A DNA stretch of 56,867 bases from Atractiella rhizophila (lineage: Eukaryota), in assembly GCA_021432655.1 (NCBI GenBank), contig MU271197.1, forward strand, positions 123,359-180,225, in the 5' to 3' direction. Below the pieces are notes generated by a model, which made no database searches, was not told the origin of the DNA, and was given only the letters and a program-made list of their open reading frames with translations. How positions within the stretch are numbered: position 1 is the stretch's first letter; each line of letters starts with the position of its first letter. Shown piece after piece: positions 38,061 through 50,024 of the stretch. Position numbers and translations under genes: made by a program.

Positions 38061-40691
38061 ACCAATAAGGTCCTACTCGAGAGTGGATGTTTAAGGACGT
38101 TCCCTCTCATTCGCTAGAACCTTCATTTTAGCATGGTCATTCACCCGTTCGAAAAATTCTCCATATTAGAATATCCTTCAGGTGTTGTGCTACATATAAT
38201 GGTGTTGTGTTGCACTGACACCTTTTGGGTTTTGTGATCCTTTCAGTGCTTCATCCATCCATCATTGGTCATTTATGTACAGCAGCATGTATTATTCTTC
38301 CAGAGGAGGTCAGATCATTTGCGGCCTGTGTGGATCTGTGCCCATACCTTGCAAAACTGACGCTTCAAAAGGTGTCTCTACTTTGGACCTTGCTGTTCAG
38401 TTCCTGAAGTTTCGAAGTCCAAGTATAAGGTTACTGCAATTCCAAGGTAAAATGAGCTCTTGTTTATGATTTAATGGCGTCTCTTCTCCTCGTCCTCCTT
38501 GGCCTTCTCTTTCTCACAACCAGATTCATCCCACGAGTTTGCTTTGTTTGGACATGATCAGCCTGCATGCAACGGCCGAGTGTAAATAGTGAACCTACTG
38601 TTACTTTCAATAAATCTACTGTATCTGGCCCTTGTGTAGCCAACCACCCCGAAGTAAGCGAGGGAAGTAACTCGCAACAGGGTTCAAAGGGCTGAATTGG
38701 AAGCAACATGGTCGAACCGTGCGAAAGCGGGTTGTATTGCATGCTCAAAGCATGCTCCTATTCAATCATATCTCATCTCGATAAAGATGAGAACTTCTTC
38801 CGGCTGAATGTGAAGGTTGCTGCATTCGCGGATGAGAAAGAGGGAGCAGATTCCTCCACCTATTTTCATGCTTCCTTCCGATGTGTCTTGACGGAAAGTC
38901 CCTTGGACTGTATCCATCATGTATCGGACGGAGTTGAGAAACTATAGAATTCTGCAAATTCCAGCACCCTCGGCTCATTTCATTGCTTTGCTTATTCTGA
39001 AATGAGATGGAAGCAGATGGAAGGAGAACGAGTGCGAAGCGGATGAAGTCTACCGAATGCAGGATATGTATTCCCAAGCGCCACCAAGTGCGGTGGACCA
39101 GGTTACTCGCAGCGCATTTCCTGTGATGTGGGCACGGCTTGAGAACAGAAGCGAAAACGGACCGTTTCATGTCGTTTGGAAGTGAAGGAGCAACACCTTC
39201 AATCACGGTTGCCGCTTGAGAGCGTGGAAGTGAGCGGAACGGATTGTTGCTGCTCGAACGGAGCATTCGCATTCGAGGACGTACCGATAGAAGCAACAGA
39301 TGAGTCTGCTAGAGCTCCTTTCATTTAGGGGAAACCTGAAATGGAAGTCGTCTGAAGGAGACCCGAGTCAAGCCTGGCATGAAGTGCTACAATTCTCGGA
39401 ATCAAAGATGGACGGGCGAGAAAGCTAGACGTCTTGACCACTGGCAATATCAACACTTTCACAAGCGACGCTATACTAAGTCAATCCCAAGTTCCAAGCA
39501 AGCCGGCAAGCGTCTAACGACACCTACCTGAATTGCAGTGTGAAATAGACGGGAGCGACACATTCAGTTACTCCCAGACGCTCGATTAAGGATGCAGATT
39601 AATTGTCTACTAGTCTCTGTCATACATCACAGAGCTTGTGATTGTCGCAAGTGCCTGCTTAGGAGATTTGTGGGAGATTCAGCGTCTCAAATTTACGAAG
39701 CAGCATCTCGAATAGTTCAGCCTTATGTCTTCAAGGTGTGAAATACTCACCTGACACTGGGCAATTCAAGACGCAGTTTTATCCCGTAGTTCAGTATTAC
39801 GGCAGGAAATAGTGACGTCATGCCAGATCCCAGAACTTTTCCCCTGCATTTTCCAGAAACGCAATTTATCGTAGGAAGGGGGTTATTGGTAGCAAGATGA
39901 CCATCAGAACATGGGCAGGCCGTACGTTTCCAAGCTTGAATCTTTTGGAATCCGAGCACCTCAAACTTAACTTCTTCACTGGCGTTTGAACATTTAAAAT
40001 TTTGAGCTAGCATCTTCTTTGCGGCCAATGATGGTCTCAGTCTCAATTGACTGCTTTCTTGTTGCTTCACTTGTATCTAGACAGCCTGAAGGTCTGAAGA
40101 CCGTTATTGCGTAAAATTCCGCGCAATTATTCCTGTGAACGTTCAAGCCTTTGAGCTGCCCAGCCCACAACGTCTGTATGTAGTCAAAGGTTCAATTTTC
40201 AACCTTCGACATGACAGCATTGATTGAATCGGAGGGCCAGACTAATATGATGTCGCCAGTCGACAATCCAGGTTCATGATTTCATGATAGAGCTCTGCCG
40301 TCTCGAGCAGTCCTGCGTCCGTTACGTTCCAGTTGGGTGTTCTCAAATTCCATTCGGAACGGAACGCCTCTCCAACAACGCTTCTCTGCCCTAGGATCCT
40401 TGAAAGATTCCTGCAAAATCATCTGGCGATGCCGTTCAAGGAACTTGGGGTTTTTCCAGATACGATGAAGATCACACTCCTTCCCAACGGAATATTCTGG
40501 GGATTCTCGATCTCCCATTATCTGCAGGGCGACTATATAAAAGGCCATGGACTCTGCATCGAGGGGCCTTCTCAGCTCTTCTTCAGCTTAGCCACGGAAG
40601 CGTGTACCTTCGCTCGCAGTACATTCATAAGAGACAATCAGTCAAGTCTCCTTCCCTCGTTCCTAAGAATCAGACTAGAGTGATATCCAAC

Positions 40692-42306
40692 ATGCCTTCG
40701 TCCTCCTTCCTCGCCTTCCTACCTCTCCTCTCCCTGGGAGCAGCTCATGTCATACCCAACTCAAGGCGACAAGCCGACCCATGCAGCGTCGACCAGTCCT
40801 CCATAGTTGCTCCCATTATCAGCAACTTCCCACCAGTCTTCCAGATCGCCACCATCGTACCTGGGGACACCGCAGCGCAGGCAGTCTGGGCATCGATCCA
40901 AGCGAACCAGACCCTTGCTCCAGCTTTGGCGATACCAGCAAGGCGGATGGTTGGCGGCAGCCCTTCCTTCTCTGGTTATGATGGCGGAAACGACCCTGAT
41001 TGTTGGTGGAGCGCAACTCAGTGCACGGCTTCGAAGAAACCGTATCTTCGAGAGGATGTACACACCTGCAATGAGCCGAGGACTTGGGTATGCCTATCTC
41101 CGTATTTTCCTTTCAATCAACCTCGTCCGCTCACTCTTTCTGCCAGGGTCTGAGTTTCGACGATGGTCCTTTATGCTCTAGTGATCACCTCTATGACTTC
41201 CTGGCGGCTCAGAACCAGAAGGCGACTTTGTGCTACATCGGCTCAAACGTCCTTCAATCCCCACAACAAGGTCCCTCTCGTCCTAGCTTCTCAGTTGGAG
41301 CATCTGCTGACGGAGGATACAGCCCAACGTGCAGCAAGGGAAGGGCATGAGATCACACACCATTCCTATTCTCACAACTACCTCACGTCCTTAACGAATG
41401 AGCAACTCTTCGCTGAGCTCTATTACCCCATAAAAGTCATTGAACAGGTTGGTACCTCGCTCCTCCCATCTTCATCCCTTTTCGCATCAATTCACGCTTT
41501 CCAATCAGGTCGTCGGCGTCACCGTCACTAGCTTCAGGCCGCCATATGGCGACGTCGATGATAGAGTACGAGCTATCGCTAATGCGTTAGGACTGCGAGT
41601 CGACTTGTGCGTACCTACCTTTCTTACAAGAAATGGGGAAGGTACTTATCTCTTGTTGGAAAGGTGGTCGGATGACACTTTCGATTGGACCGCTCCTGAG
41701 GGACAAGGCCAACAAGTTATAGCCAATTTCCAAAAGTACGCTCTCTCTGCTTTGACTTAAGGCAGAAAGGACTGAGCAGTACTGCAGGATTTATGCACAA
41801 GCTTCGGATCAACATGGCATTGTGGTGTTGGATCACGAAGTCCCAGGACAATGTTCGTCCCTTCCCTGACCTGAATTTGTACCTGAACTGACCTTGAGAT
41901 AGATATGGATATTTGGATCAATCAATATCCCAACATGCAAGCCCACTTCACTCATATCACCCCCCTGGCGACCTGCACCAACCGCACCCAGATTTATCGA
42001 GACGTGCCGGAGATTGTATTTCCTGACTTCGTCACTTACACCGCGGGGCAGAGAGATGGAGGCAAAGTGCCCAATCCTCGAGTAAACAATGCCTCCCTCT
42101 CCTTACAGTTCATCTCCCCCACCCCTACACAACCCGTTGCTCCCTCCCCTTCATCAAACACTACTGCCTCCTCTACTAACTCGACTTCATCCTCTAATTT
42201 AGAGAATGGGGACAAAGGCGCCGCTGCTCATGTGTCGGCCACTGCGACACTCCGTGGCTTCGCTACTTTACTGGCTTTGGGTGTGATGGGAATAGTCGTG
42301 CTATGA
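40692..42306 (+). CDS. Chitin deacetylase (CE4), secreted, likely GPI-anchored
   Basis: Signal peptide; DPDCWWSATQC; motifs LSFDDGP, HSYSH, FRPPYGD, DTFDW, IVVLDHE; Ser/Thr-rich stalk and hydrophobic C-terminus. Confidence 0.93.
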
Positions 42307-42548
42307 TGTGATGGACATGAACGGACTTTTTAATGACTGCTCTGTAGACTTCCACTTTACGCGTGGACCATCGATCTCTACTATAGATATTAGGTGGAAT
42401 GGAAGCTGTGTTACCGATAACCCAAGAAAATGAGATGAATTACAAGCACAACCCAGCTCATTAGATGAGGGAGGGTATAAGCATTTGCAAGTCCAAAAAG
42501 TAAGCTCTAACTGTAAAATGTGGGCCGAATGAAGCACGACAAGCCAAC

Positions 42549-44651
42549 TCAATGAGTCTCACCCTCCACCTGAATACTCCTCTTGTGGAGCCTAGCCAAG
42601 GGTCCGGAATTCGTGAGGACACGAATTTTCTTTCCCCAGAGGATGAAGGGGAAGATCCAAATGTGGACGAAGAGCAAAACAGAGGTGAAGGCGCCGCCGA
42701 GAATGACTTTGTAGCCGTTTTTGAGGATCCAGCTGAGAAGGTCGAGGGAGAGACCGAAGGAGATGGCTTGCTTGCCCAAGTTCATGATGACGAGCATCTC
42801 CGACAGGTTGGCGGAATAGCTGTCGGTGGCGTACGCCAATGAGACCGTGAAGTAGAAGAACGCGGAAAAGTTCGACATGAACGCTCCAGCCTACAAAGAA
42901 TCACAAGGTCAAACTCCTATTTGGAAAGCGTACAGAGGAAAACTGACAAAGTAGGCGAACCAATGGAGCTGTTTCGCAGCCGCGAATCCGTAGAGCAACA
43001 TACCAGCGGGACCGATGAAGCAAGCAGGGATGAGGACTGGCAACCTCATCTCGGCCTCTCGGATTCCACCATTCTTTCGCGTCCTCCAAGCGGGATAGCG
43101 ATCAATGATGAAGGATAACGGTGCGGCCGTCAAGTATCCAGCGAGATTTGCTAGCGAGATAAGTCCAGAATTGATCTGAGACCAGTTGTATGGAGGGGCT
43201 TGAATGAGGATAGGGAAGGTGTAAGAGTATCTATTTCCTGGTCATTTAATGGGTCCTCAGAGGATGAAAATATCAGACTCACGCGAATGCTCCAATTCCG
43301 ATTTCGATACCATAGATCAACTACTTGCCATATTCATCATCTTGTCATACAAAGTGAAGAGAAAGCACGCACGATAACCCAGAGACAAGCGGGAACTAGA
43401 AGATAAGTGAAAGGTCTCCATAGGAACGGGACAATGTTGACATCGCTGATGAAGCTCCAAGGCTTAAGTTGCTGGAGATATGTCTTTCTCTCGGGGACCG
43501 CCGCGGCCGCCTCAAGTTGTGAATCAGAAGAGGAACCCTTCTGGGAATTCTTCTCGTCCACGCTTTCGTTCACGGGAGCGTTGACGTTCGTGACGGATTT
43601 GGAGACGAGAGCTGGGTTCCTGACAAACATAGATTCTTCGACGATGAAGAAGCAAAGGACCGTGCAGAAGGCTGCGAAGGCGAAGGTGACATAGAAGAAT
43701 GTTGGGAAACCGAGGCCGGCGTTGAGCATGTAACCTGCGAAGAAGGGAGCGGTGGATCCGAGGGAGAGGCAGACGGTGTAGTATCCTGTCCGTCGCCGAA
43801 ATATTTAATTTTGTGCTTTTTTGCAATGGAACGTGCAACATACCGAGCTTGCGTCCCCTCTCGTGTAGGAAAAAGATGTCGTTGACGAGCTGAACAGGGA
43901 GAGCTTCGCAAACTCCACTGCCGATGGAGTGCAGGACACGAGCAGCCATAAAAGAGCTGAAGGTGTTGCAGTTTGCGGCGACGAGGAGGAAGACGCAGAA
44001 GATGATCTGAGACACGAGGAGGACCTTGAAGAATCATTAGCAATCTCTCTTCCAGAGATTAGTAAGACAATGTCAACTTACAGGTCGTCTCCCAACCTTA
44101 AGGTAGGCGGGAACGAGGACATAAGAAGTGAAGCCAAAAGCAAGATTCGAATAAGATATCAAATCCGAAGCTCTCGTTACAGAAACTCCGAATTGTTGAG
44201 CAAAGAGAACGATGTAGACTGAGGGACCGACGATCTATCGTTCATCACATTCAGTGATTCATCAGTCAAAACTGTTCTGCCAAGGAGAATTAATTGAGTG
44301 AGGGGACGAGAACGCTTACAGCCCAGTTGCCCAAGAAAGAATAGAGGCAGAGACAGACGAGGATGGCATTTTTCTTCCATTCAGGCCAGTTCAGAGGGTC
44401 ATTGGGATCTATAATAATTTCCTCATCAGCCTTCTGGTACGCCTACAAGAAGTTGAAAAAAATCACCGGAACTTGGAATAGGAAAAATGGCCTGTCCATA
44501 GGCCGTATCGTCGCCCTCTTGAGCTTTTCTACACACCAACACGCTCCTTGAGTTTTCTGCGATGCACGAAGAGAAAGGGGAACACTGACAATACGACAGT
44601 ACCAGGGAGGCCCTGCTCATGAGCATGAGAGTGTTTGACTTGAGGAGCCAT
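42549..44651 (-). CDS. MFS transporter, HOL1-related (DHA1-like)
   Basis: MAPQVKHSHAHEQGLPGTVV...GDDTAYGQAIFPIPSS|DPNDPLNWPEWKK, LKVGRRP, GSGVCEALPVQLVNDIFFLHERG, REAEMRLP, YATDSY. Confidence 0.9.
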
Positions 44652-44674
44652 CTTTTGACAACAGTAGGTTCTAC

Positions 44675-44737
44675 CTGGTTTTCAAAAGATATACAGAGAA
44701 ATTAGCAAAGGAGTGAACAGGGCGAGGAGAGGCTCAC
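44675..44737 (-). other. 5'-leader intron of the MFS transporter with tandem acceptors (CAG|GTAG|)
   Basis: GTGAGC donor at 44737, pyrimidine tract, CTAAT branch point, CAG ending 44675 and TAG ending 44671; 23 nt upstream of the ATG. Confidence 0.7.
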
Positions 44738-45594
44738 GTTGATGGATTTATAGTAGCTTTACTTGATCTCACGTCGCGTGTAAATTCTTTTAGTGAGAAA
44801 CCGTGTGAGCAGATCCAAGGCCCCGAATGATCACCTCCAAGATACGACGAACACTCGAACCTGCAAAGGCAAGAGGACAGCGAGTGGCTGGCGGTTGTGA
44901 AGCTGGGCTTCGTCGAAGGATTAAAGGTCCGCTTGTCGACTCGCAGAAGCGGGAAGCGTCTTATAGTTGCGGCTGAGTCGGGCGGGGACGAAGCTGAGAA
45001 TATTTTTTGCAGCGTGAATAAATGAAGGTTGAATTGGAGATGACAACAGGCGGAAGAAATTAGAGCCTCCTCAAAACCTTTCGAGAGTTCCTCGTTCCTT
45101 GTCCAAAGTCCACCCCAACTCAGAGCGGGAACAGTGACGAAACAAGTTGAGTGCGGGGACTTTTCGACGTTTTGTTCTGGCTTCGGCTTTTTTTGCAAGC
45201 CTTCTGCTGGCGCGTGGTGCACTGGCCATAACAGTATTTCCATGGGAACCTTCGCTGCATGCTTCAGAGAACGAAGCAGAAGCTGAGCTGAGAAAGAAGC
45301 GGCGAGATTGCACAATTGCGTGCGATAGAATTGTGGCAAAGTCCAGAAGAGTGGATATACGGACTGAATGTATCAAAAAAGATCGACAACTAAACACACC
45401 TTGAGCCTATCTTGCGCTTGGGTCCAGCAAGATAAGGGAAACTCGCCTAACTTTAAGCCCTATTTACCCGCCTTTCGGTACCGTAGGTTGCCCACTTTCA
45501 CTTTCTGGTTTTCATTTCTTTTTGATCGAAGTCACTGTTATTGTCGCACAAGCCAGCTTCGAGACTCCATCGGACTCGCGCCCAATACAGCTCG

Positions 45595-46505
45595 ATGTTT
45601 GGGACGCAGGGACGAGGAAATGGCCGGAACGCTGGGCATGGCTTGCCAGGCCCACGAGCTGCAATGGCAGCAGCAGGCCAGCAACGGCAGCAACTCCAAC
45701 AACAACCCTCGACCGTCTACGGTTCTCGCGGCGATTCATATCATCGAAACAGCTTCCCCATCCTCGTTCTCAACCTCAAATCCCGACCTTTTGACTGCAA
45801 CTCACTCCCCATCGTAAATCCCGTGTGCGAACTCCTTCTACGAAGTCTCACGGCCAGAGGGACGATCGTGCATTGTTATGAAAAGGAGCAGGCGTTGGAT
45901 CAGCTCTCGAACCCTCATTTGAACAGCGTGTTGGTGGTGGACTGGGCATTGTTAGATAACAAGTATCGGAGGGTGCTGGAGAAGCTGGTCGCTTTCGTCA
46001 AAAGGGGAGGAACGGGTGCGTTCCTCTCTTCCCTCGTTTCCTGGAAACCGGTGCATCTTTGGCTTTTGCGCTTTCAATAGTGCAATTCGCGGGAAGTTTC
46101 GTGGAGATGACGGGCCTCCTCTCCAGCTTCTTTAAGAACACCTTCGGACTAAAATGGGAGTTCTGCGAAGACAAAAGAGCATACTCGATCAAGAACCTGC
46201 TTCATCCAACTCCTGTCACCGCTTCTTTACCAGACAGCATGGAGCGAATGAAGGTGGTGACGATAACTAATGTCACAGAAGAAGAGGTAACCTTTCTTCT
46301 ATCCTCTAACGAAATTCAAACACATTTTCCTCCCTTGATGTAGGCTGTCTACACAGTCATTCCATCACGCCGTGATCACGTTGGATGGGAAGCGGTCGCT
46401 GCGATCACGAAATATGGCAGTGGTTATGTCGCCTTCAATGGACAATACACCAATTTCGACAACGGGAAACTGCTAAATGCTCTCATCAATTTGGGCGAGT
46501 TTTAG
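45595..46505 (+). CDS. Conserved fungal hypothetical protein, class I glutamine amidotransferase-like fold (tentative)
   Basis: Three exons: ...ILVLNL...ALDQLSNPHLNSVLVVDWAL...LVAFVKRGGT|VQFAGSF...FGLKW...|AVAAITKYGSGYVAFNG...LGEF*. Pattern resembles a widespread uncharacterised fungal family. Confidence 0.65.
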
Positions 46506-47656
46506 CCTTCGAACATATCTTTATACGCATTCATATTGCATCGAATAGTATTTATTTTGCACCCAAAATGACATTGGTACAAGTTATCTAGAAACTTGTC
46601 CTATCGGGTTTTCAATCCTCTATGGATTGAACGGTAAATAGCACCATATGCCCTGTCTGGTTAGTTCAGCGCATAAAGACGAGCGCCGGAACCTATCTTT
46701 GAATTAAATTCCAAAGTGCTCAAATACTACATAGCTCGTCTGCTACTAGTAGCTGCAAGGGCACAAGTTTGTTAGCCAGGATGGTGAGTGTAGTAAGGAT
46801 GGTGAGATGTAGAACTTGCTGGAACAATGTTGGCCTCTTTTGGCAGCTTTTGGAGGAATGTCGTACGCATATGAGTTGTACAAAACGGTCTGCTAGCCCT
46901 GAGGCTGCTCTTCGCTCTTACTGTAAGAATCGGGGATAAAAAGAAACCACCAGCTCTGTTGTCCAATACCGATTCGCCACTCGGATGTACCATATATTCA
47001 TTCCACAACTGCTCTTCTTCACTACATTGGAAAGCTTGCTCAGACAGTTCCAACAAAGGTGCAACAGGATAAGTCGGACTGCCAGCCCAACGTATTGTCG
47101 CTCCCTCGCCCTACAGGTCTCCCTGACATTGGATAATTTGCTTGACGTAGAGTAGTGTCCGAGCCTATTGCGGCGCTTCATCAGTGGAGCACTGTTCTTG
47201 TCTCCTCGCCCCTTCATAAGTGAACATTTGATGCTCAGGTGAGATAGGGCAAGGAGGTGCTAACGCTTTGCTCCTTAAAAAGCACCAATTTGTGATTGTA
47301 CTAATACTGATGGGGGAATACTGAACAAATGTTGATCCTGCATGGAGAAAAAGTGGTTCACCGATGTCGCCGTAATAATACGTGTGTCATACCTGTACAT
47401 CGTACTCTTGAGAGTACGTCCGCCTGGAGCAAAAAAAACGGATTCAATGGAAATGTCGCGTCGACGGAACCAAAGGATTCTTGAATTGGGCTTTCCAATT
47501 TCTTTTAAACTATGTTACGGCTAGGTACATGTATATCCTTTCAAAATTTCGCACTTCAAACAAATTTTGGCATAAGCATTGGAGTCGGGCAACTAAGGTG
47601 ACAATACGTGCGATGTGTGAGGCCTTTTGAATACTCGTCAAACTTTGGAACCTTCT

Positions 47657-49042
47657 CTACTCGGATCCTTCTTCACTTCCAACTTCAGTCGTATCGCCAA
47701 CTTCCCCCGTGTTATCCTCTGATGAGGACGCTTTCAGCTTCTTGATAGCAGCTCTGAGTGTTTCATTTTCCTGCATCGTCTGCTCCAAAGTCTTCTGACG
47801 CTCCGCATAGTCGTCCAATTTATTCGTCAATTCTTGCACCTTTGCTTCCTTCCCTTGCAACTCGTTTTCCAGCTGTTCCACTTCAGCCGACCTTTCCCTT
47901 TCCTTTTGCTTCAGTTCGGCGAGTTCCGATTCGACAGCCTCAAAACGGGAACTAGAGGCTGAAAGTGACGCGTTTTCAGATTGCAGTGATTGGATGCGGG
48001 ATTCGAGGGAAGATTTAGAAGAAACGATATCGGATTGAGATGCCTCCAAAGAGGTATAAGAGGATCGAAGGTCGGCTAAAGAAGACTTGAGGGATTCGAC
48101 TTCGGAAGTCGAGCGCGAGTGAGATGATTTCTGCGAATCCAGCTCTTCGTTCAACTTCAACAACTGAGATTCTTTCTCCACCTTCGCTGCTTTCTCCTCT
48201 GCCACCGCCGCTTCCAGCTCTTCAATCTGCTGCTGATGCTGCTCGCCCAGCTCCTTTTGCTCCATTTTGAGTGACGAAATTTCCTCCTTCAGTTCGTCCA
48301 ATTCTTTCTCCAATTTCTCAGCTTCCATAGTCTTTCCATCAAGCTTCTTCGAGAGCTCATCTTTCTCGGCCTCAACTGCCTTCCTCCCTGCTTCCAAGAG
48401 CGCCAAATCACCTTGAACCCTCACCACTTCGTTCGCTTCCTCCGTTTTCTTCTCTAACAAGGCTGATGCCTCCACATAGAGTCTTCGGACTGCTTCAAGT
48501 TCTCTGTCTCGATCCTGGAGGGCAAGTTGGATCTTTTCTTCCCTATTGGAGCCAAGTTGAGGTTTGAAAAGGGAGAGAGAGGCATTCTGTTTTCTGAGGC
48601 GGAGAGCATAGATACCAAGAGCAATGAGACCAGCGACGAGGGTGAAAAAAATGTCCCAGTAGTAAGAGATAAACTGTTTTGTCGTCAGATTCTCTCCCAG
48701 ACTGGAGAACGAAATAACGAACCCAGAGCACAAACTTATCCTTGAACGTTGGCTCGAATTTGACTTCCTCGACTGTGATTCCATCTGCAAGCGTGGAAGA
48801 GCCATGGTCGACCGCCTACAACAAAGATCCAAGGGAAGAATCAGCGGCTTGAAAGAATATGACGTAACGCGACGAGGGAAGCATTGACGAACCTGGCAGA
48901 ATCTCTCATAAATCCAATTCGTCGTTGTAAAACCCATAGCTTGGGCGGAAGACCAATATCCTTGAGTCTTGTGGTGGTCTAAATCCCAGTCCCTGGGAGT
49001 TTCATGGGCTTCTGAAGCAGGGAAAGCGTAAGCTCTGGTCAT
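47657..49042 (-). CDS. Single-TM protein with long C-terminal coiled coil, unknown function
   Basis: Two GT-AG introns give ...KDKFVLW|FISYYWDIFFTLVAGLIALGIYALRLRK followed by ~290 aa of heptad-rich E/K/Q/S sequence. Confidence 0.75.
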   Translation of the reverse strand: MTRAYAFPASEAHETPRDWDLDHHKTQGYWSSAQAMGFTTTNWIYERFCQVRQCFPRRVTSYSFKPLILPLDLCCRRSTMALPRLQMESQSRKSNSSQRSRISLCSGFVISFSSLGENLTTKQFISYYWDIFFTLVAGLIALGIYALRLRKQNASLSLFKPQLGSNREEKIQLALQDRDRELEAVRRLYVEASALLEKKTEEANEVVRVQGDLALLEAGRKAVEAEKDELSKKLDGKTMEAEKLEKELDELKEEISSLKMEQKELGEQHQQQIEELEAAVAEEKAAKVEKESQLLKLNEELDSQKSSHSRSTSEVESLKSSLADLRSSYTSLEASQSDIVSSKSSLESRIQSLQSENASLSASSSRFEAVESELAELKQKERERSAEVEQLENELQGKEAKVQELTNKLDDYAERQKTLEQTMQENETLRAAIKKLKASSSEDNTGEVGDTTEVGSEEGSE

Positions 49043-50024
49043 GGTTCCAGCTTCCGTGGCGTCACTTCTGCAACGTGAGAAGAATGAGAAAACCGACTCA
49101 GTGCCAGAAGGTATACACGTTAATTATTCGCAGTTATTTGTGTGCTTTGGATTTCTTCGTGCGAGGTCGTGCGTTTCCCTTGTTTGACTTGTTTGTTTGA
49201 TGATACAAAGTGGTCCTAACTTGAAAGACTCAAGGGGTCGTGGAATAATTCAACCTGAGGGGCCCACACCTTGCAGACAGAGGCAGAGCAGATGCTGCCA
49301 GAGTCCATGACGTGCACGGAACCTAGTCAGAAAATTGTGGAATGTTGTAATGTGTAATGCGAGCAGCGAGCAATCTGAGTGGGTAGCTTGACTGAATGGA
49401 CGGGCACTGCACCATGGAACTTGAAGCTTGAAGGTCAGTGTAGTTGCTGGCAGAATGATTTCTTCTACAAGTTCCATAATCACTCTAAATCCTTTCGTCA
49501 AGCAATTGGCCAGGGTTTCTGAAGAATGGTTGTCTTGCTTTCTGACGCACAAAAGTGTCAACTCTCAATGTTACAGGAAGCAGGTTCTCCTTGCCGAATT
49601 AGTTGTCATCGTACCCACGCCTTTGCCTGCACCTTCATACCGTATTTCATCTATCCCATTCACGTCCTTTTCTTTTGGGTCGTGCAATGGGATGATAAGT
49701 GAAGCGTTTGGAACTTGTTATTTACAGAACCATGATCTGTTTGGCTTTGTGACGAACGCTTTGCCATAGATCATCCGCAGTTGCAATCCCTGACTATCCA
49801 AGAGTGGATCATCGCGTCGCGTTCTGTTGATCGCTCAAACAGTTCACCTGCTCCTTCATCGCACTCTTTTGCAACCGGTACTTATCAGGCGTTACCATGT
49901 TACACCAATTGTCCTGGTGCGGAGTTCCTGTTTTATCGTCATCAGAACCAGTAGATATAAAAGCACTTTGCCTTCGCAACTTCCAGTTGAAGACGACGCT
50001 ACGTAAGTCACTTGTTGTCTGGAA

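Noticed and set aside
38474..39000. Signal-peptide-like MASLLLVLLGLLFL start with nearby splice-like sites and Cys residues
   Set aside because: No consistent in-frame exon chain could be built; the hydrophobicity is explained by a pyrimidine tract.
44140..44165. Suspected frameshift in the MFS transporter near ISY-NLAFGF
   Set aside because: Re-reading gives ATA TCT TAT TCG AAT CTT; the frame is intact.
44755..45005. TPP-riboswitch-like words (ACTTGATC, GCTGAGA) near the transporter leader
   Set aside because: Wrong strand and wrong order, and no flanking aptamer stems.
46772..47228. Minus-strand frame interrupted by two TAG stops (possible pseudogene)
   Set aside because: No recognisable homology or motif; cannot be distinguished from non-coding DNA.
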